From: Phoronis australis
Taxonomy: Eukaryota; Animalia; Phoronida
Direction of reading: 5' to 3'
Length of the DNA: 64,000 nucleotides
NCBI GenBank assembly: GCA_002633005.1
Contig: NMRA01000035.1
Coordinates: 1,331,059 to 1,395,058, forward strand
Positions 1 to 13,500 of the stretch are shown in pieces. A program made the translations under genes and the position numbers. The notes under the pieces were generated by a model that worked only from the letters and a program-made list of their open reading frames with translations, was not told the origin of the DNA and did no database searches. Position 1 is the stretch's first letter; every line of letters begins with the position of its first letter.

Positions 1-498
1 GGGATGAACACGTTGTCTTTCGGACTCCAATACATGTACAGTTATGGATATCCTCATATGCATCTGAATGTTCTTCCATTGAAAGATACTAAAGTTTTAA
101 TCCATGTATTTGTTAATTTCAACTAATGTCATGTCAGTGTTTGATTTCGTGTTGTTTCGACTCAGTTCTCAGAAGGGTTACTGTCCACGTGAACTTTATT
201 TTAAGTTAATTCCGATAGTCAACACAAATTAAACTTCAAATTTTCTTGGAATACTGTTGATTTTAAAAAGTCGGCTGTCCTTTTGTTTGAAGTGCCCTGT
301 TGTCCTACACTCAAATTGAATATACTTATACGAAACAAAATCATCAAACACCGATGGAAATTTCACTTGGTCTCAATCCTGCCATCTTTAAAATCCGTTT
401 GCAGCTAAAATCTTATCCGATGTCAGTTCACTGGCTTCAGTTCATCGAACGATTTACAAAGGACTGGACGTCAACCCTCGTGACTTGATCAACAGCAA

Positions 499-544
499 GG
501 GTTTCTTCTTACGCAACCACCGGGGTTTCTTCTTACGCAACCAC
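499..544. repeat. 24-bp-period tandem duplication
   Basis: gggtttcttcttacgcaaccac twice. Confidence 0.9.
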
Positions 545-1107
545 GACTACAGCAAACTTACGTAACAGCGACAATAAAAACAAAATTGCCACGTGGTCAG
601 CAGGACTAATGACTAGACTGCTGTAACACAATATCTTCCAACAAGGGATGAGAAAAATTTAAATTTTTATAATACGAGGTATTCAACGTGTTCAACACTT
701 TTATATGTTCACCGTTTCTTCATTGTCCTTTACCCTAGCTGTAAGTGAAGTAATCAAGCCTTGCATAGACCTTAGTGGCCTGAGTGTTCACTCAGGGACA
801 TGATTAATGATGTCACGCCATCGGAAATCACTCTATTGCGAGAACATTCAACATGCCATGTCATATCATAAACCAATAAATCAATTTTGGAACATAGAGC
901 ATAACAACAGTAGCACAGAAAATAATAACTACAATCCTTCAAAACTAAACTTTCTGGAAAGAGTTGTTTAACACATCCCTTTTCCTGTCGAAAACGGCCA
1001 GTGGGTCACTTACTTGTCTAGTCTATAATTCCGTAACTCAATTCAACAAATCCGTCATGAAATAACCTGCAAGCACCAAACGAGCTCGGTTGCTTCGTGT
1101 TTGTAGT

Positions 1108-1362
1108 AAGGTGGCGCTCAATAGGTTTTTTTGATACAGCCGATTTTTACCTCTCTGAATTTCATTTCAGTCATCATTTCTGTCATTTTGAGATTTAACA
1201 AAGTGTGAAGGTTACAAATGGCATTTGGTTAATATTTGAGTGTGCTCCGCCCTTTTGACCCACGTTTCAGTTTGTGATTCGTGGCTTTTTTTAACTCCAT
1301 ACTGGTTACAACAGGGAGCTTAAATTTCTGCAAGAAATTCTACAAGAAATTCCGGTACCCTC
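1108..1362. repeat. Dispersed repeat, related copy at 7833-8115
   Basis: Shared collinear blocks aaggtggcRctcaa, cattttgag, gtgtgaagg.tac.aatggcatttg, gtggcttt, gtaccctc. Confidence 0.6.
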
Positions 1363-1466
1363 AGGCATTTAAGATTTGTAAACAAATCGAACAGAGTGGC
1401 TCCTTAAGGTATCCAATTTTTAAAATTTTAGATGGTGATGACGATAGTGGTAGTAGTGGCTGTGGT

Positions 1467-1503
1467 TGATGATGATGATGATGATGATGATGATGACGAT
1501 GAC
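1467..1503. repeat. (GAT)n microsatellite
   Basis: Read directly. Confidence 0.95.
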
Positions 1504-3036
1504 AACAATCATAATGGTTACGATGTATGGTGATAGCAGGCAAAAGAGTGTCTACCGAAACCTTTCTACTTTCAAAAATATTTTAACGAATATGATGCGT
1601 ATGTGATGTGAGAATTTCACATTCTTGTGTCTGATTTAACTGACAATTACACTCGTAAATCAATATTGAGATGTCACGCGCTGAGTCCTTATAAACCATT
1701 AAGATGTCCAATAATTAAGAAGCCATGTCAAGAGTTAAGTTATACCTAAAAGCTCGTAAGAAAAGGCAGCATTTTTGCCATTGTAGTTTTTTCGTTGGAT
1801 TTGTACTGCCAAACGAATCTTCAACAAGTCCCACTGACTGACATCATCTACCGTCGATGGTCTGCGGACACTTAAAAAAACAACAGCACACATTGTATTT
1901 CAGAACAACCAAGACTCTAGCAAAAGCGACATCTATTATTCTGTACATGTGCTTTCAAGTTCGTATTCAGGGCGGTACTGCAATGCTTCGGATCGGAACC
2001 CTCACCACACACTGCAAGAACCTATGCAATGGACTGGTTGAACTATCAAGTACAGCAAGCACACTTACCACGCAGAACGGGGTTCTTGCATTAAAAAATA
2101 CATGGCTGCTCAGGGTTCTTCATGCGTGTTAAGAGTTCTTGTTGTGCGTGATAAAAGTTTTGCAGAGAGTGGCAAGGATTTAATTGCGAAAAGAGTGCTC
2201 TGTGCCGTGACGTGTGGGAAGTTTTGAGTAGAGTTGAGCGCCAGTCTTTGAAAACTTTCTATCGCTTTCCGACAATTTTTCAGTAATCTCAGTTAGCAGC
2301 AGTTCACGTGTTTACAGGCGCGCTTCCTTTAGAGTCGCCTTTTGGGGGGCTGTTATTAAGAATGATCAACCTATGATTATTGTGTTCACGTCACAATAGC
2401 GTGAAAATAAAACACAAATTTGCAAGTTCTGAACTGAATATCGGGCATCAAACTGGTAAATAAATACTGCCAAATGACAAGTACTTAGAATAGCCAAAAG
2501 AAACACTCGTTTTTAGACATGCTGTGTAGTGTTATACCACGGATACATGTAGTCGTCTGCGCCAAAAATATAAAAGAGAGCGCAAACACCAATATGCTAA
2601 ACACTTAAACTAAATTTAAAAAAACGCACTATTTCGGATACAGTAGATTCAATAATCACGCTGGAAGGTCGTAAAACAGTCAGAACTTCAAGTCTTCGCC
2701 CTGGACACGTTTGCCAAAATGCACATCTAGCTTTACGTCGAACAACCATCAATAATTTCTACAGTGTAGTTATGATACGCATGCAGAACATAACATTACT
2801 TGTGCAACGACGACAACCCGCGGGAACGGTTAATGACAAATTAGGCAATGAATGACAAACAATGTTGTTATCGTTTACGTACAATAGATGTCGCGGCAGT
2901 CCCCTTATAAGCAAGCGCAACTCAATCAACGATCGCCTGTGCACCATTTCCCAGAGCTACGAGAGGTAGCACTTTTCAATATGACAGAGGGTATGATCAT
3001 TTTTTGCAATCTTTTCGTCAGTGCTTTATTTCAACC

Positions 3037-4521
3037 ATGATCGACTCTGATGTTTTAGACAAACACGGTTTAGACTTCAATGGTGCGTCAATTTACATAA
3101 AAGAGGTACGAAAAGCAAATAACGGGTCCCAACACAAAATACTTTACTCTAGGCAGTTCATTATCTCTTTCACAGTGCCATCCCTGCAGTACTAGTTACT
3201 CATAACAGTTACACATTTTCACTTATCTGATGTTTTCCATTTTTGCGTCGTTTTATTTTACATCAAATTCAAGTCCACGGTAATTGACAGTATTCGCGAA
3301 AGAAGGCACCCAACGAGAGCAAGACGATATGTGGACGCACTGTGTTCGTTTACGTTATTACACAGGGTCCAATGTGGCCAGAGTTGCGCTACAGATGTCA
3401 ACGCCATGATACTACAGCACTGCAATATGCACTCGCTAGAAAACAAATTTGTGGGGTGGGTCAGGTTTGCCGGAAGGTTAAATGTATGCACTGCAAATAG
3501 ACTATGCATCTTGTTTGCTTGTACTCGTGAACACATTGTGGGTCAGAAAAGAACCTGTTGCGATTTCAGGTGGACTTCAAGCAACCCAGAATTGTAAAAA
3601 TTGATTGGATGGTAGGTCTGTTAGACCTCTCCACATTTGCGAAAATTTAATTTCAGCACTGAGGGAAGGGATGGTTTTTGGACTGGAAGTGTCAACTTCG
3701 CGTTTTTGCCACATTTTTTGTTTGGCTTTCTTTTTATTGGAAGACTGTGAAAGGGACAAAATTACGAGTCAGAATGTAGTTTCTGTGTTCACGTGAAGTG
3801 CTTTTCATATATATCCATTGTGTTCATAGAGTTTTTGACAAGGGTGGAAGAAGAACTGTAAGTACCTACAGCGATGTGAGACGTATCCACCGGGCAGGAA
3901 AATAGCACCCTTGCCAAATAACACTTTTTACTATGGCAGGAATGTTGAGTGGACTCATCATACAATACAGAACGACTTCCAGTAGGACTTTATCAGGCCC
4001 TCATACATTGGTATAAGTTCAAAAGCCAGTGTTTCGCTATTATCCGTGAGTGGGAACACCGATCACTTCGTGACCATCTTCAACACGCGCTTTAACTGGT
4101 AAAATAAATTCTAGGACTAAAACACCATTTCCTCTGCACACCATGGCGTTGCATATGTCAAAAGAACTTAACTCGAAGAAGGGGCGTGCACTATTGATAC
4201 AAAAGATATTATCGTCTTGTATTAACCAAACGTTTGTAAGATCTTTTAAAATCATTTTATCTAAACTAATCTTGTCCCTAAGCTCATCACAGGGTCGACG
4301 TTATCCGATGGCAAATAAAAAGGAGAACAACGTGGTTTATATGGCTCAGTCACAAGGCAAATTAAAGTACAAATTAAATTCGAATACCTTATCCAAACAA
4401 ACCGCGTCTTGAGAAGAGATGATTACCAAGTTTATATCTGTGAAACGTACGGCCATAATTCTTGCTTTCCTATTTTAGTGAAGATGAATTTGGATTGGTT
4501 GATTCATATAACATCGACTGA
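3037..4521 (+). CDS. Candidate spliced micro-protein gene antisense within the PKG intron (38 or 61 aa, acidic)
   Basis: Exons 3037-3082 (or to 3105), optional 3570-3615, 3830-3857 and 4479-4521 have GT-AG ends and can be joined in frame. No homology recognised. Confidence 0.3.
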
Positions 4522-7500
4522 CCACAACAGCAATACAACAGAACAGTCAGTGAATATAATATAACACCGCACCTAGAATGATAGTGAGCAAGCTTAACGT
4601 AAGCGTGACAACTAAGAGCAAGTTCCACTTTAAACAAAAACTGAGAAGGACAACCGATGTGCGGATGACAGGAAAAGTTGTAACCGGTTCCCATATAATG
4701 GTCTTGCGTTCGTTTGACTGAATTCAAAATTTGTGTCGTGCTTTCGTATTCAATTAAAATGTTAAATGTGCCTTCGAATATCATAAGAATGTGTAGAAAA
4801 TATTTGCATTTTGTAGGGCAGAAAACTATGTATTTAATGATTGTGAACTGCATATACTGATTGGCTATTTGAAGATGGTCGCCAGACAGCACGTCTCCGA
4901 GCGTGATGCGTCAGGGGTAGACTAGTTGATTACTAGCTCCTCTGTGGGAATCAAGTAACATTAACTATAAACCACAGGGGAGCTAGAAAGGACAAGCGAC
5001 TGAAATCAGGCATTAATGTTCTCTCAGTTTAACTAGTTATATGAATTCCGGCTTAAAGTTTTGATTTCGAGAACTGAAATCGATGTCTTTCTCGATAACG
5101 TTTTGATTGCGAACGCGTAATTAAAATGTCCAGTTTTCCATGGGGTCGTGTTGATCAAGTTCCACTCTAACTAAAACTACGAAAACTTCTCGTGTTATGT
5201 AATCTGACAAAAAGTAGGGAATACAGAAGCATCCGTTGTAAGTTTTGTAAGGGAAATAAACCAGTAGGCCTACGTGAAATAAACGCTTCTTTCAAATAGA
5301 AGCTTCCTCGACGACCATCAAACAAAACTAGCAAATGCGCGTCGTCTAATTTTCGTGAGAAGCAATGTACATTACCGTGCCGTAAGTACCTCGCTGGAAA
5401 CAAATCGGCATTTCACGGTTGACATATAGCAGTATGATTAGACTACTCAACATCATCTAATGTGATTAAGATAATGACTTAGATTCAAAGAACTCAACAT
5501 TTAACCACTCAACAGGTTTGATTCACCATATAGTACGAGGTAAGACGAGTTTCAATCGAATGGTGAAAACGGTCCGTCGTAGAAAATAGTACACAATCTC
5601 TAAAGACAAGTAATTAGTTTTTATTTGAAGCCGCTTATAATAAGAAGATCCAAAACTGATTATCTTTTCGAACCAATACATATAATAAAAGCGTGTGCGC
5701 GCGTGTGTGCGCGCATGTACATGTGTTATTTCGAATTCGGTAAAGCAAATTTCGATGTTATAATCTAAATTGATCTCAGCCTTGATCAAAGAGTATCGTA
5801 CCGCATTTATTGTGTCAAACATTGAATTTTGACTATCCAGTAATGTAAAGATTAACCGACACTTGAATGACAAATGTGCTTTGGAAAAAAAACTCATTTA
5901 ACATCAATTGGCTGTTGTCAGCCAACAAACTCGATCATTGAAAACTTTGCATGAAGAGCACACGGTGTCACTATAACTTTTCACTCGAAGTACATGTATA
6001 TAGCGTGACTCGGATAGCATACAACTTAAGAGTTTTAAAGGATAAAGCCTCGTTTTACTGATTACACCAACAATGGTCCAGGCACCCGCTACTACAACTT
6101 AGCACTTCACCAAGACAAAGAAAACATTGTTCAGCTAAAACACTTTCTTATTACGTCATAACGGGGACCTTGTGCCGGTTCGATAGTTTCACAGTCATCG
6201 AATAGCGTTGGTCACACTTGCCGATTTTGTAAATTTTGTATGTATGTTTCAAACGAGCTCTAATCTGATGAATACTGGTGGGGATTCATAGGCGGATTTA
6301 GGGAAAAATGAACAGGATAAGCGGTCTCAGCTCTTCGGAGGATTGTACGTAGATCGGATTAGAGCGGTAATGTTTTTAAACCCCAAAGCGTTTCAGTCAC
6401 TGTTACCAAGCAGTTAATACATTAGCAGTAGGCACTAACGTTGAACTTGAGAAGTAATACTCCACCTGATGGACACGCCTTTGTTGTTGAAGTGTTTTTA
6501 AAATGCACCGAGCTTCACGTCAACGTAGATTATTGGTATGTTATTTTGATACTAAGAGCATTGGATTTTTAAGAAACCAAAACAAATTTTGCCGTAATAA
6601 AACTCTATAAGCACTTGTAAATCAAGTAAAAGCACACCCGACTTTCCACAATTTCTCTGAAAGTGATACGGAAATGAACAGGGGCGGAGAAAGATCCAAA
6701 TTGACTTAAACCTGAACTCAAGCGACACCAACAAGTCATTTGAAACTACCCAAACACTTGCACGGCTATAATTAACGCTTGTCCGGAAGTAATATTGGCA
6801 AAGATCATCAAATTGAAGTAACGCACGCAGGGAGATAAAACGGCCATCACAACAGACTTTCAGCTCATCCACTTTGATGTAGAAGAAGCACAGATAGACT
6901 CTGACGTAAGCAATTATTGCCAGTCTAGTGACACTTTGAAGTTGGGAGAAAGACTCACTAGAGATCTATTAGCCAATCAGATTCCAGGAAAGAGTCCCCG
7001 AACGCAGCTCGGAAATGACAACGGACTGCCCACCATAAAGTTTCTCAAAATTCGAAAGCTTGAGGTCAGTTTGACGCAGGCGAATTGCTTCGTCATATCC
7101 AAAATACAAAAAACAGATCAGATCTGGTACTGATTTTTGATTTCACCCCAAAGCATTACCCTAAAACTCCCGTTTCATCGATGAAGTATCCACAATACAA
7201 TGTAGCAAAAATTAGTTAATTTAGAAATAAATCCTGTTTTGGAAGTTCAACGCTATTCAAGCCATTCAATTGAAAATAAAATTCAACCTTACTTTGCAAA
7301 TTAAATGCTGTGCTAGAAATTTAATCATGTTTAAAAAGATGCAGTGCTTTAAAACAATCATAGTGCTGATGATTCAGTCTCACATCGCCGAATCCAATCT
7401 TAACTTAGTAAAATCAGAGTCCTGTTCCTCAAATTCAGTCAACACGCAAAACAGTGTGTTTTCGGAATTCAATCTTGTTGGCGATTAACGAAACTAACCA

Positions 7501-9338
7501 TGTTACGAAAAGTCAATATCCTGTCAGTGGCCGGGAGATCGAAACTCAGTTGTCATGTGACTAAGAAACTCATCCGACTTGAACCTGAAGCTGGGTTAGG
7601 AGCTGGGCCTGGAGGATAGTCGGGGGGACTGAATCTTTTCTGGACGACCTGTAACGGCTGGTACCACAAGCGATCTTGTATTGCAGAAACTAAGCCGTCC
7701 GTGGCCTTGGCGATCAACAATCTTCGCTTACGGAAAGCCGAAACAATGATTTCTATCCCACAATTCAACATTCCAACCTCACCGACTGATCAAATCAGTG
7801 GCCGCTATTTTGATAGCACAGGCTAGTACGCGAAGGTGGCACTCAAAAGTTTTTTCGAGCCACGGTTGAATTCACCTCACGAAATTCAATTAAAAGTTGG
7901 CCGCGAGTGTTGCCTTGACTGGGCATTTTGAGTTTTGTACTGCGTGTGAAGGCTACGAATGGCATTTGCTCGGTTTTAGAGTCTATTCTGATTGGAAAAT
8001 GCTAGCTGGTTGTGGTCACCCCTTGATCTTTGTTTTGCTCAGTTGTGGCTTTCCTTAAACCTTTACTACTTGCAAGAGGCAAGTTAAGGGTTAAAAGGAA
8101 ATCCAAGTACCCTCCTTTGAAAAACTTCTGGTTGGTCGGCATCCACCTTTCACCTGATTTCAATAATTTGTAGGGTCTTGACAATCTAAAAGTACTGTCT
8201 CTCAGTTCAAAGTAATCCCAAGCGAATACGTGGCTTTGGGGTGAAAACAGCTGATTTTGATGTATTTTTGCTGATTTTTGAGTAGCCGGATGCACTTGCG
8301 ATGGTCGTAAAATATGGAAAAGTTCACTTCGGAATGAGTTTCCGCATTGCACATTTTGCAAGGTTCTTGAAGTCTTTGGCCCAGTATACTGCTCATATTT
8401 TCAGGTTTTGTTCAGCCTGTGAAACAGAGAGGTGGAGCTGCCTGCACTTAGTTTTCATAGCCCAAAACCAGCAACAATTGTTGAGTGCCACTAAACCCGT
8501 ACCACAGCTTTGTCTGTTGACGATTGTCATACATACTCACTATAACTCTCTGTATATTGTATAAAATGGTATATCTTATTTCATCCACCAATTTAAAATG
8601 TTCAGAGCATCATTTATCTTGGTAACACATGAGACTAGGCTGGCTTTCTTTTTTCCAGTCAGGAGTCACAGGCGGTCAACGGGAAGGACCAAGTTTTTAA
8701 CCTATTTTTATCTACAATACACCAGGCTGCCAGATTTCGCGAAAGTAAAAAACTATTCCGAGACTGGTTTGCGTTTGTGACTAGTAAGCTCCCGTCCCGA
8801 GTATTCTCGAGAAACACTCACTATTCACCAGCGTGATTTTGCGAGGTGTTGCGAGATCTTGCTTTTCTCACAAGAAACTTGGTCAAAGGAATTTTACCCA
8901 GCACTGGCCATTTTGTCGCTGTTCTTGGTTTGCTGTTGGCACGTTTATTAGTCGTGTCCCATGAAGGGATAGTTTCTACCTGCTGAGCTATCTCGTAGAT
9001 CTGCAGCAAAATTTTTCCAACAGAAGGAGAGGTTATTGCAATTATACATGAAGAAATTGTGGTCTAGTCTAAGAATGTAAATGATCGTTGATCAACGTCA
9101 CCTGATTATGTCAAACAAAATAGAAGTGGGGTGATTAATTTCAATGTGAGAAACTGTTCGAGCTTCTCGATCAGATTGATACATTATTGTTTTCATAAAT
9201 CACTGTTTTATGATCAGTTGGTGACGCCCATTTACTTAGTCTCCGAAGGCGAAAGCTCATATTTCTAATGACTGTGATGCGGAAACATCTCACACCAGAC
9301 TGAATGCTGTAAACTGATAATTAACGCCTGGGACACAC

Positions 9339-9772
9339 GTGCCCGGTTGCATGAAACAGTCCAAAGTAGGGACTCAACTAAGTTCCATAAATTTACACCG
9401 TATTTGTGGACTTGTGAAAACACCGATTGTCTTACTTGACACTGTTTTAGTTTCTTCACTGAGTCAACGTTCGGATTTGATACGAATCGAGATTGAACAC
9501 TTCGTTGAATTCTCAGTGCTATCGAAAATAAATAGCGATCTTTTCATGCAACGCCCCCAATTTAGGGACTTGGTCCCTATTTGTTTTCATTGAACTGAGG
9601 GCTCAGCTTTTAGTTGTTTTATTAGAAAATGTTTTAAGTCAAAAAGGAGTTCATAGTAAAGTTGAAATGATAGAAAAAGACAACACCTGTGATTAAAGAA
9701 AGACACAACTACGCAAAAAATTAGGAAACTTAGTTAAGTCCCTATTTGGGACTGTTTCAGGCAACTGGACAC
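9339..9772. mobile_element. MITE family B, about 430 bp, about 45-bp TIRs
   Basis: gtgcccggttgcatgaaacagtccaaagtagggactcaactaag ... cttagttaagtccctatttgggactgtttcaggcaactggacac; second copy at 42881-43254. Confidence 0.85.
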
Positions 9773-10425
9773 TGAAGCCTAATCAATAAAATTAATTTGA
9801 CGACCAGACGTCATCAGAGCCGAAGACAGTGCCAAAACACTCATGTCATTTTCATCTCTGGTGGGTGAGCGCGCGTGAGGACAAATTGACGCCAGAGAAC
9901 TGGATTGAAATTTGCGATATGCCTTGGACGAGACAAACATGTCATTTCATAAGGTTATTAATATAGGCGAGATCAACGATGACGTCACACGACTGTCTCC
10001 GGGATAAGCGTTTAGACCATCACCATGACAATGGCTCGCCACATTTGTTATTCATACGATTATTATTTCTTTGGCTATCGTGTTATTCGATAAAATTCAA
10101 TTCAGTTCGAGTGCAGTTTCATTATGTCTACAAACTTTTAATGATATTACCAGCAGGCGACTCGACCCCCGGGGGGATACTCAGCAAGTTGAAACAGCAC
10201 GTAACACTGCTTAGTTCAAGGTTTAGCCTCCTTCAGGCTTCCCGTGCGTTGTAGGCATCGACTAGCCGGAAATATAATCAAGTTTCTGAGTGTGTTTGAA
10301 AAGTCACGTGAATTGACTTTCCTGATAGGTGTCGTTACTTTCGTGGCGCCTTCAAAAGGCTGTACAGAATAAATAAAACACCACTTGTTTGTTATTTTAT
10401 TAGCATTCTGTACATAATGAATTAT

Positions 10426-10528
10426 TCTAAGTATCCTATACGCAGTGTATAGTACAGTATAGGACAACGTTTGCGTCAGTACTGCGCATTTACTAGGAAA
10501 CGCCAACACAGTATACACGAAGAGTAGC
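10426..10528. repeat. Dispersed repeat, related copy at 21331-21456
   Basis: Shared tctaagtatcct...gcagt and tttgcgtcag..tgcgcatttacta. Confidence 0.6.
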
Positions 10529-13500
10529 CGTTGGCGGGCGGACGACGATTTAAAAGTGAAAGACTGTTGTGTGATGTGAAATCAATTTGTGCCACTGCTG
10601 GGATGGCCAACCTTCGTTACTAACTTGCACGGCGTAATTTAACGACCAATTATGAGCCAGAATAGTCTCTACAGTCAATTCAAGGTGAATTCAACAAGAG
10701 ACTTTAGAGAGGCCTCGCTGATGAATAAGTGAGATTTGTGTTATTGCCTTGCACAGAATGCAGAAATCGCAAATTCATCATGTGAACTCAAAATCGCTCA
10801 TGCATGTATGAGCGCAGGCACGTGCATGTCTGTGCGCATGGGTGAGAAGATATTGGCATAAGTGCGCGCCGTACGTACATCTCAGCCATATTCCGAAGTT
10901 ATTCGGCACGGTGCATTTCATTCCAAAAAGCTTACAGCTAAATGATAACCGAAAGAATGTGATTTATGGCTCTATATAATAATTTTCGAAGTGATCTCCA
11001 CAAGCCCTAAGGAAACACTTGGTTTGAGGCAGATAACACCCGCCATAAAACCTTCCTTAGATAATCGACCTACGCGAGCAGTGCACCACGTATCGCTAAT
11101 CTGGAGACACGCTAAGAAGCATTACGTGCTTGGGGAATCGGAAATAACGAACGTATGCTGTATCATAAATGTAGTTATTAGTGGGTTTAAACAATTTCAT
11201 TTACGAGCACAGTTCGATGGGGAATACTAAATCCAATGAGTTTTGGTATGAAATGCAAGAAAATAATGAAATGTTCATTTTGCTGCATCCATGTTTCTCA
11301 AGGCATAGTATAGAATACGGGGTGCTTCAAAAAAGGAGCCTATTGTATATTCCATCGCCGGCCTCCATTTCAGTCAATTCTTCCGGATGACTGGAAGTCA
11401 ACGTCGGGAATTTGCAATGCTAATGACATCACGAAAACACAAGGATTTTATTATTTATAAGCCTTATCAAAGCTAATAACTTCCTGAATTATATCCTACC
11501 GAACAACAATCTCAAAAACGCAGTATTAGAAGCAATTGCGTGCTACACGTCAATAAGAGCACCTTGACTGTAATAAATGATAACAGTTATTACGACACGC
11601 AAAACAATAAACATCCCTAACAACAAGTTTGACAACTTTGAAAAACGCGGAATATCATCCAGATTTGGCATATATGGCCAATAATGTGTTTTAATTGACC
11701 TATCCCATGTTCCGCGCCCTTGCGAAAATTGGACAAACAAACAAGTCTTACCCGACAACGTGTTGTTTGTCCGGTAAAATGGCGGCTTGGAAACGGAGGT
11801 GTGTCAAGAATACTGCATTCTGAATGGTCAGTTAGCCCGTCATTAAAAATCCTGGCAATAGATCAATTGTTAGCAGAGCAAATTCAGGCAAGAGACTTGA
11901 GTTGGCTAAACGTTAAAACTTGGCTTGGTGAGAAAATGTTCAAATGCCACGAGTATCATGTTCAGATGGGAGCCTGCAAAGCCTGAAACTAGTGCTCCTA
12001 ACAGAAGTGAGAGTGGTTTTCATTTTTAGCCTCACTGCATAGTAATAGATAAATTCTTATCGAACAATACTAATGGGTGGAAACGATTCTACGGAAGCGC
12101 AAGCCTCTGAATTACAGCAACGACCCTGGTATCTGCAGCCCAGCAAACCTCAAATCTGAGATACAAAGCCTCGGACCTCGCCTCTAAACTCCACTTACGC
12201 ATGAAAACGCTCCATATTCAGTGGCCACAAAATAATTTTGTGCAAAATTATTGCAGAACCAGTATCTAAGAAGTTCCAGTCCCGGTACCAGATTCCTCAC
12301 ACGGACAAATATATGGTTCCCAAGACTGGCGTTTGGTCGCCGGTTTTGGAGTATGGTCACTGCCGAGTTTAGTGCTGGTAGTCTAGGAATTTGTACCACG
12401 AGTTTGGTCTATGATGATCCGGGTCTGGAGTTAACAGGATCGTAGCTTTCATTATAAGGCACTGCCATGGACATGTTTGCAACGCCTGAATCAGGATCAT
12501 CATCACTTTCACCATCGCCAATACCATCGTAATTTCAATTAGTGGCTTCCGCTGTAGATCATTCTGCAGGGTCATTCACCGTATTATTCGGTGCGAGTTT
12601 ACCTAATAAACTTATCAAAATTGACAATACGCACTTGTCAACTGCGTGTCATAAATATAGGATAATTAACACTAAAGTCAAAGCTTCATATCTGCGTTTC
12701 ATGCCAAATTCAGGCTTTGTGCGATGAGAGACACTGCATTTTCTCTAATTCCAGTTCAGTGTCAACCCGAACTAAAGCATTATTTTGGGAAAACGATCTA
12801 TTTACACCACCGAAGTATGGCTATAGATATGCAATGGTGAGGTTATTAAATGACGTGTCCATTACTCTGAGTTTACATGTACACACATAAACCTACCGAA
12901 TAGTTCTGAGTGGTGCACACGGAAGTAGCTAGGAGTGTCGACAGGAGGGACACAAGTGATGGCTAAACGTATCCAGTGCACCTCGGATATTTTCGTTGTC
13001 TCAAATTTCCGGTGGGAGGTCAACGTCATCTACGAATGAGCGGATTTCAGTCATACGCCAATCATTCTCCAATTTGACTTGACACGGTTTGGCTTGTGAC
13101 TGACGCTCACGACGTGCACAGAAGACGTTCACTTTCGAAGAGAATTTTGACGCAAATGTAGGTGTTCTGAATGGGAGTGACTAAGCAAAGAAAGGTAGCG
13201 ACGGTCGACGTTGTTTTAGCAAACATGGATCTTGTGCCTCACCAAATATCCTAGTATCCAAAATTGTTGTTGTCACGAGTCAGCCATTGGCGATTCTAGT
13301 CTATTGTGTGTTCGTCGAGCTATCGCCACGCATAACATGTGATTTCACTAAACTTTCACTAGCGAGTATGCGGAAAGAGCCCCAAAATTGAGGATTTTGT
13401 TAAGAGTCTGAAACGAGATCACTAGGTAGAGTCACGTGACGTTGTCTACCACTTCTGTTCAATAATTGTTATTCAAAATCCACAACCCACATTGCTACTA

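Noticed and set aside
1361-1543. Poly-His ORF
   Set aside because: Translation of the (GAT)n microsatellite.
7553-7771. 72-aa ORF with PPDYPPGPAPNP on the PKG strand
   Set aside because: No recognisable homology and no convincing donor; a length expected by chance.
12410-12530. Acidic frame DGIGDGESDDDPDSGVANMSMAVPY on the minus strand
   Set aside because: Bounded by stops on both sides with no clear acceptor; cannot be linked to a gene.
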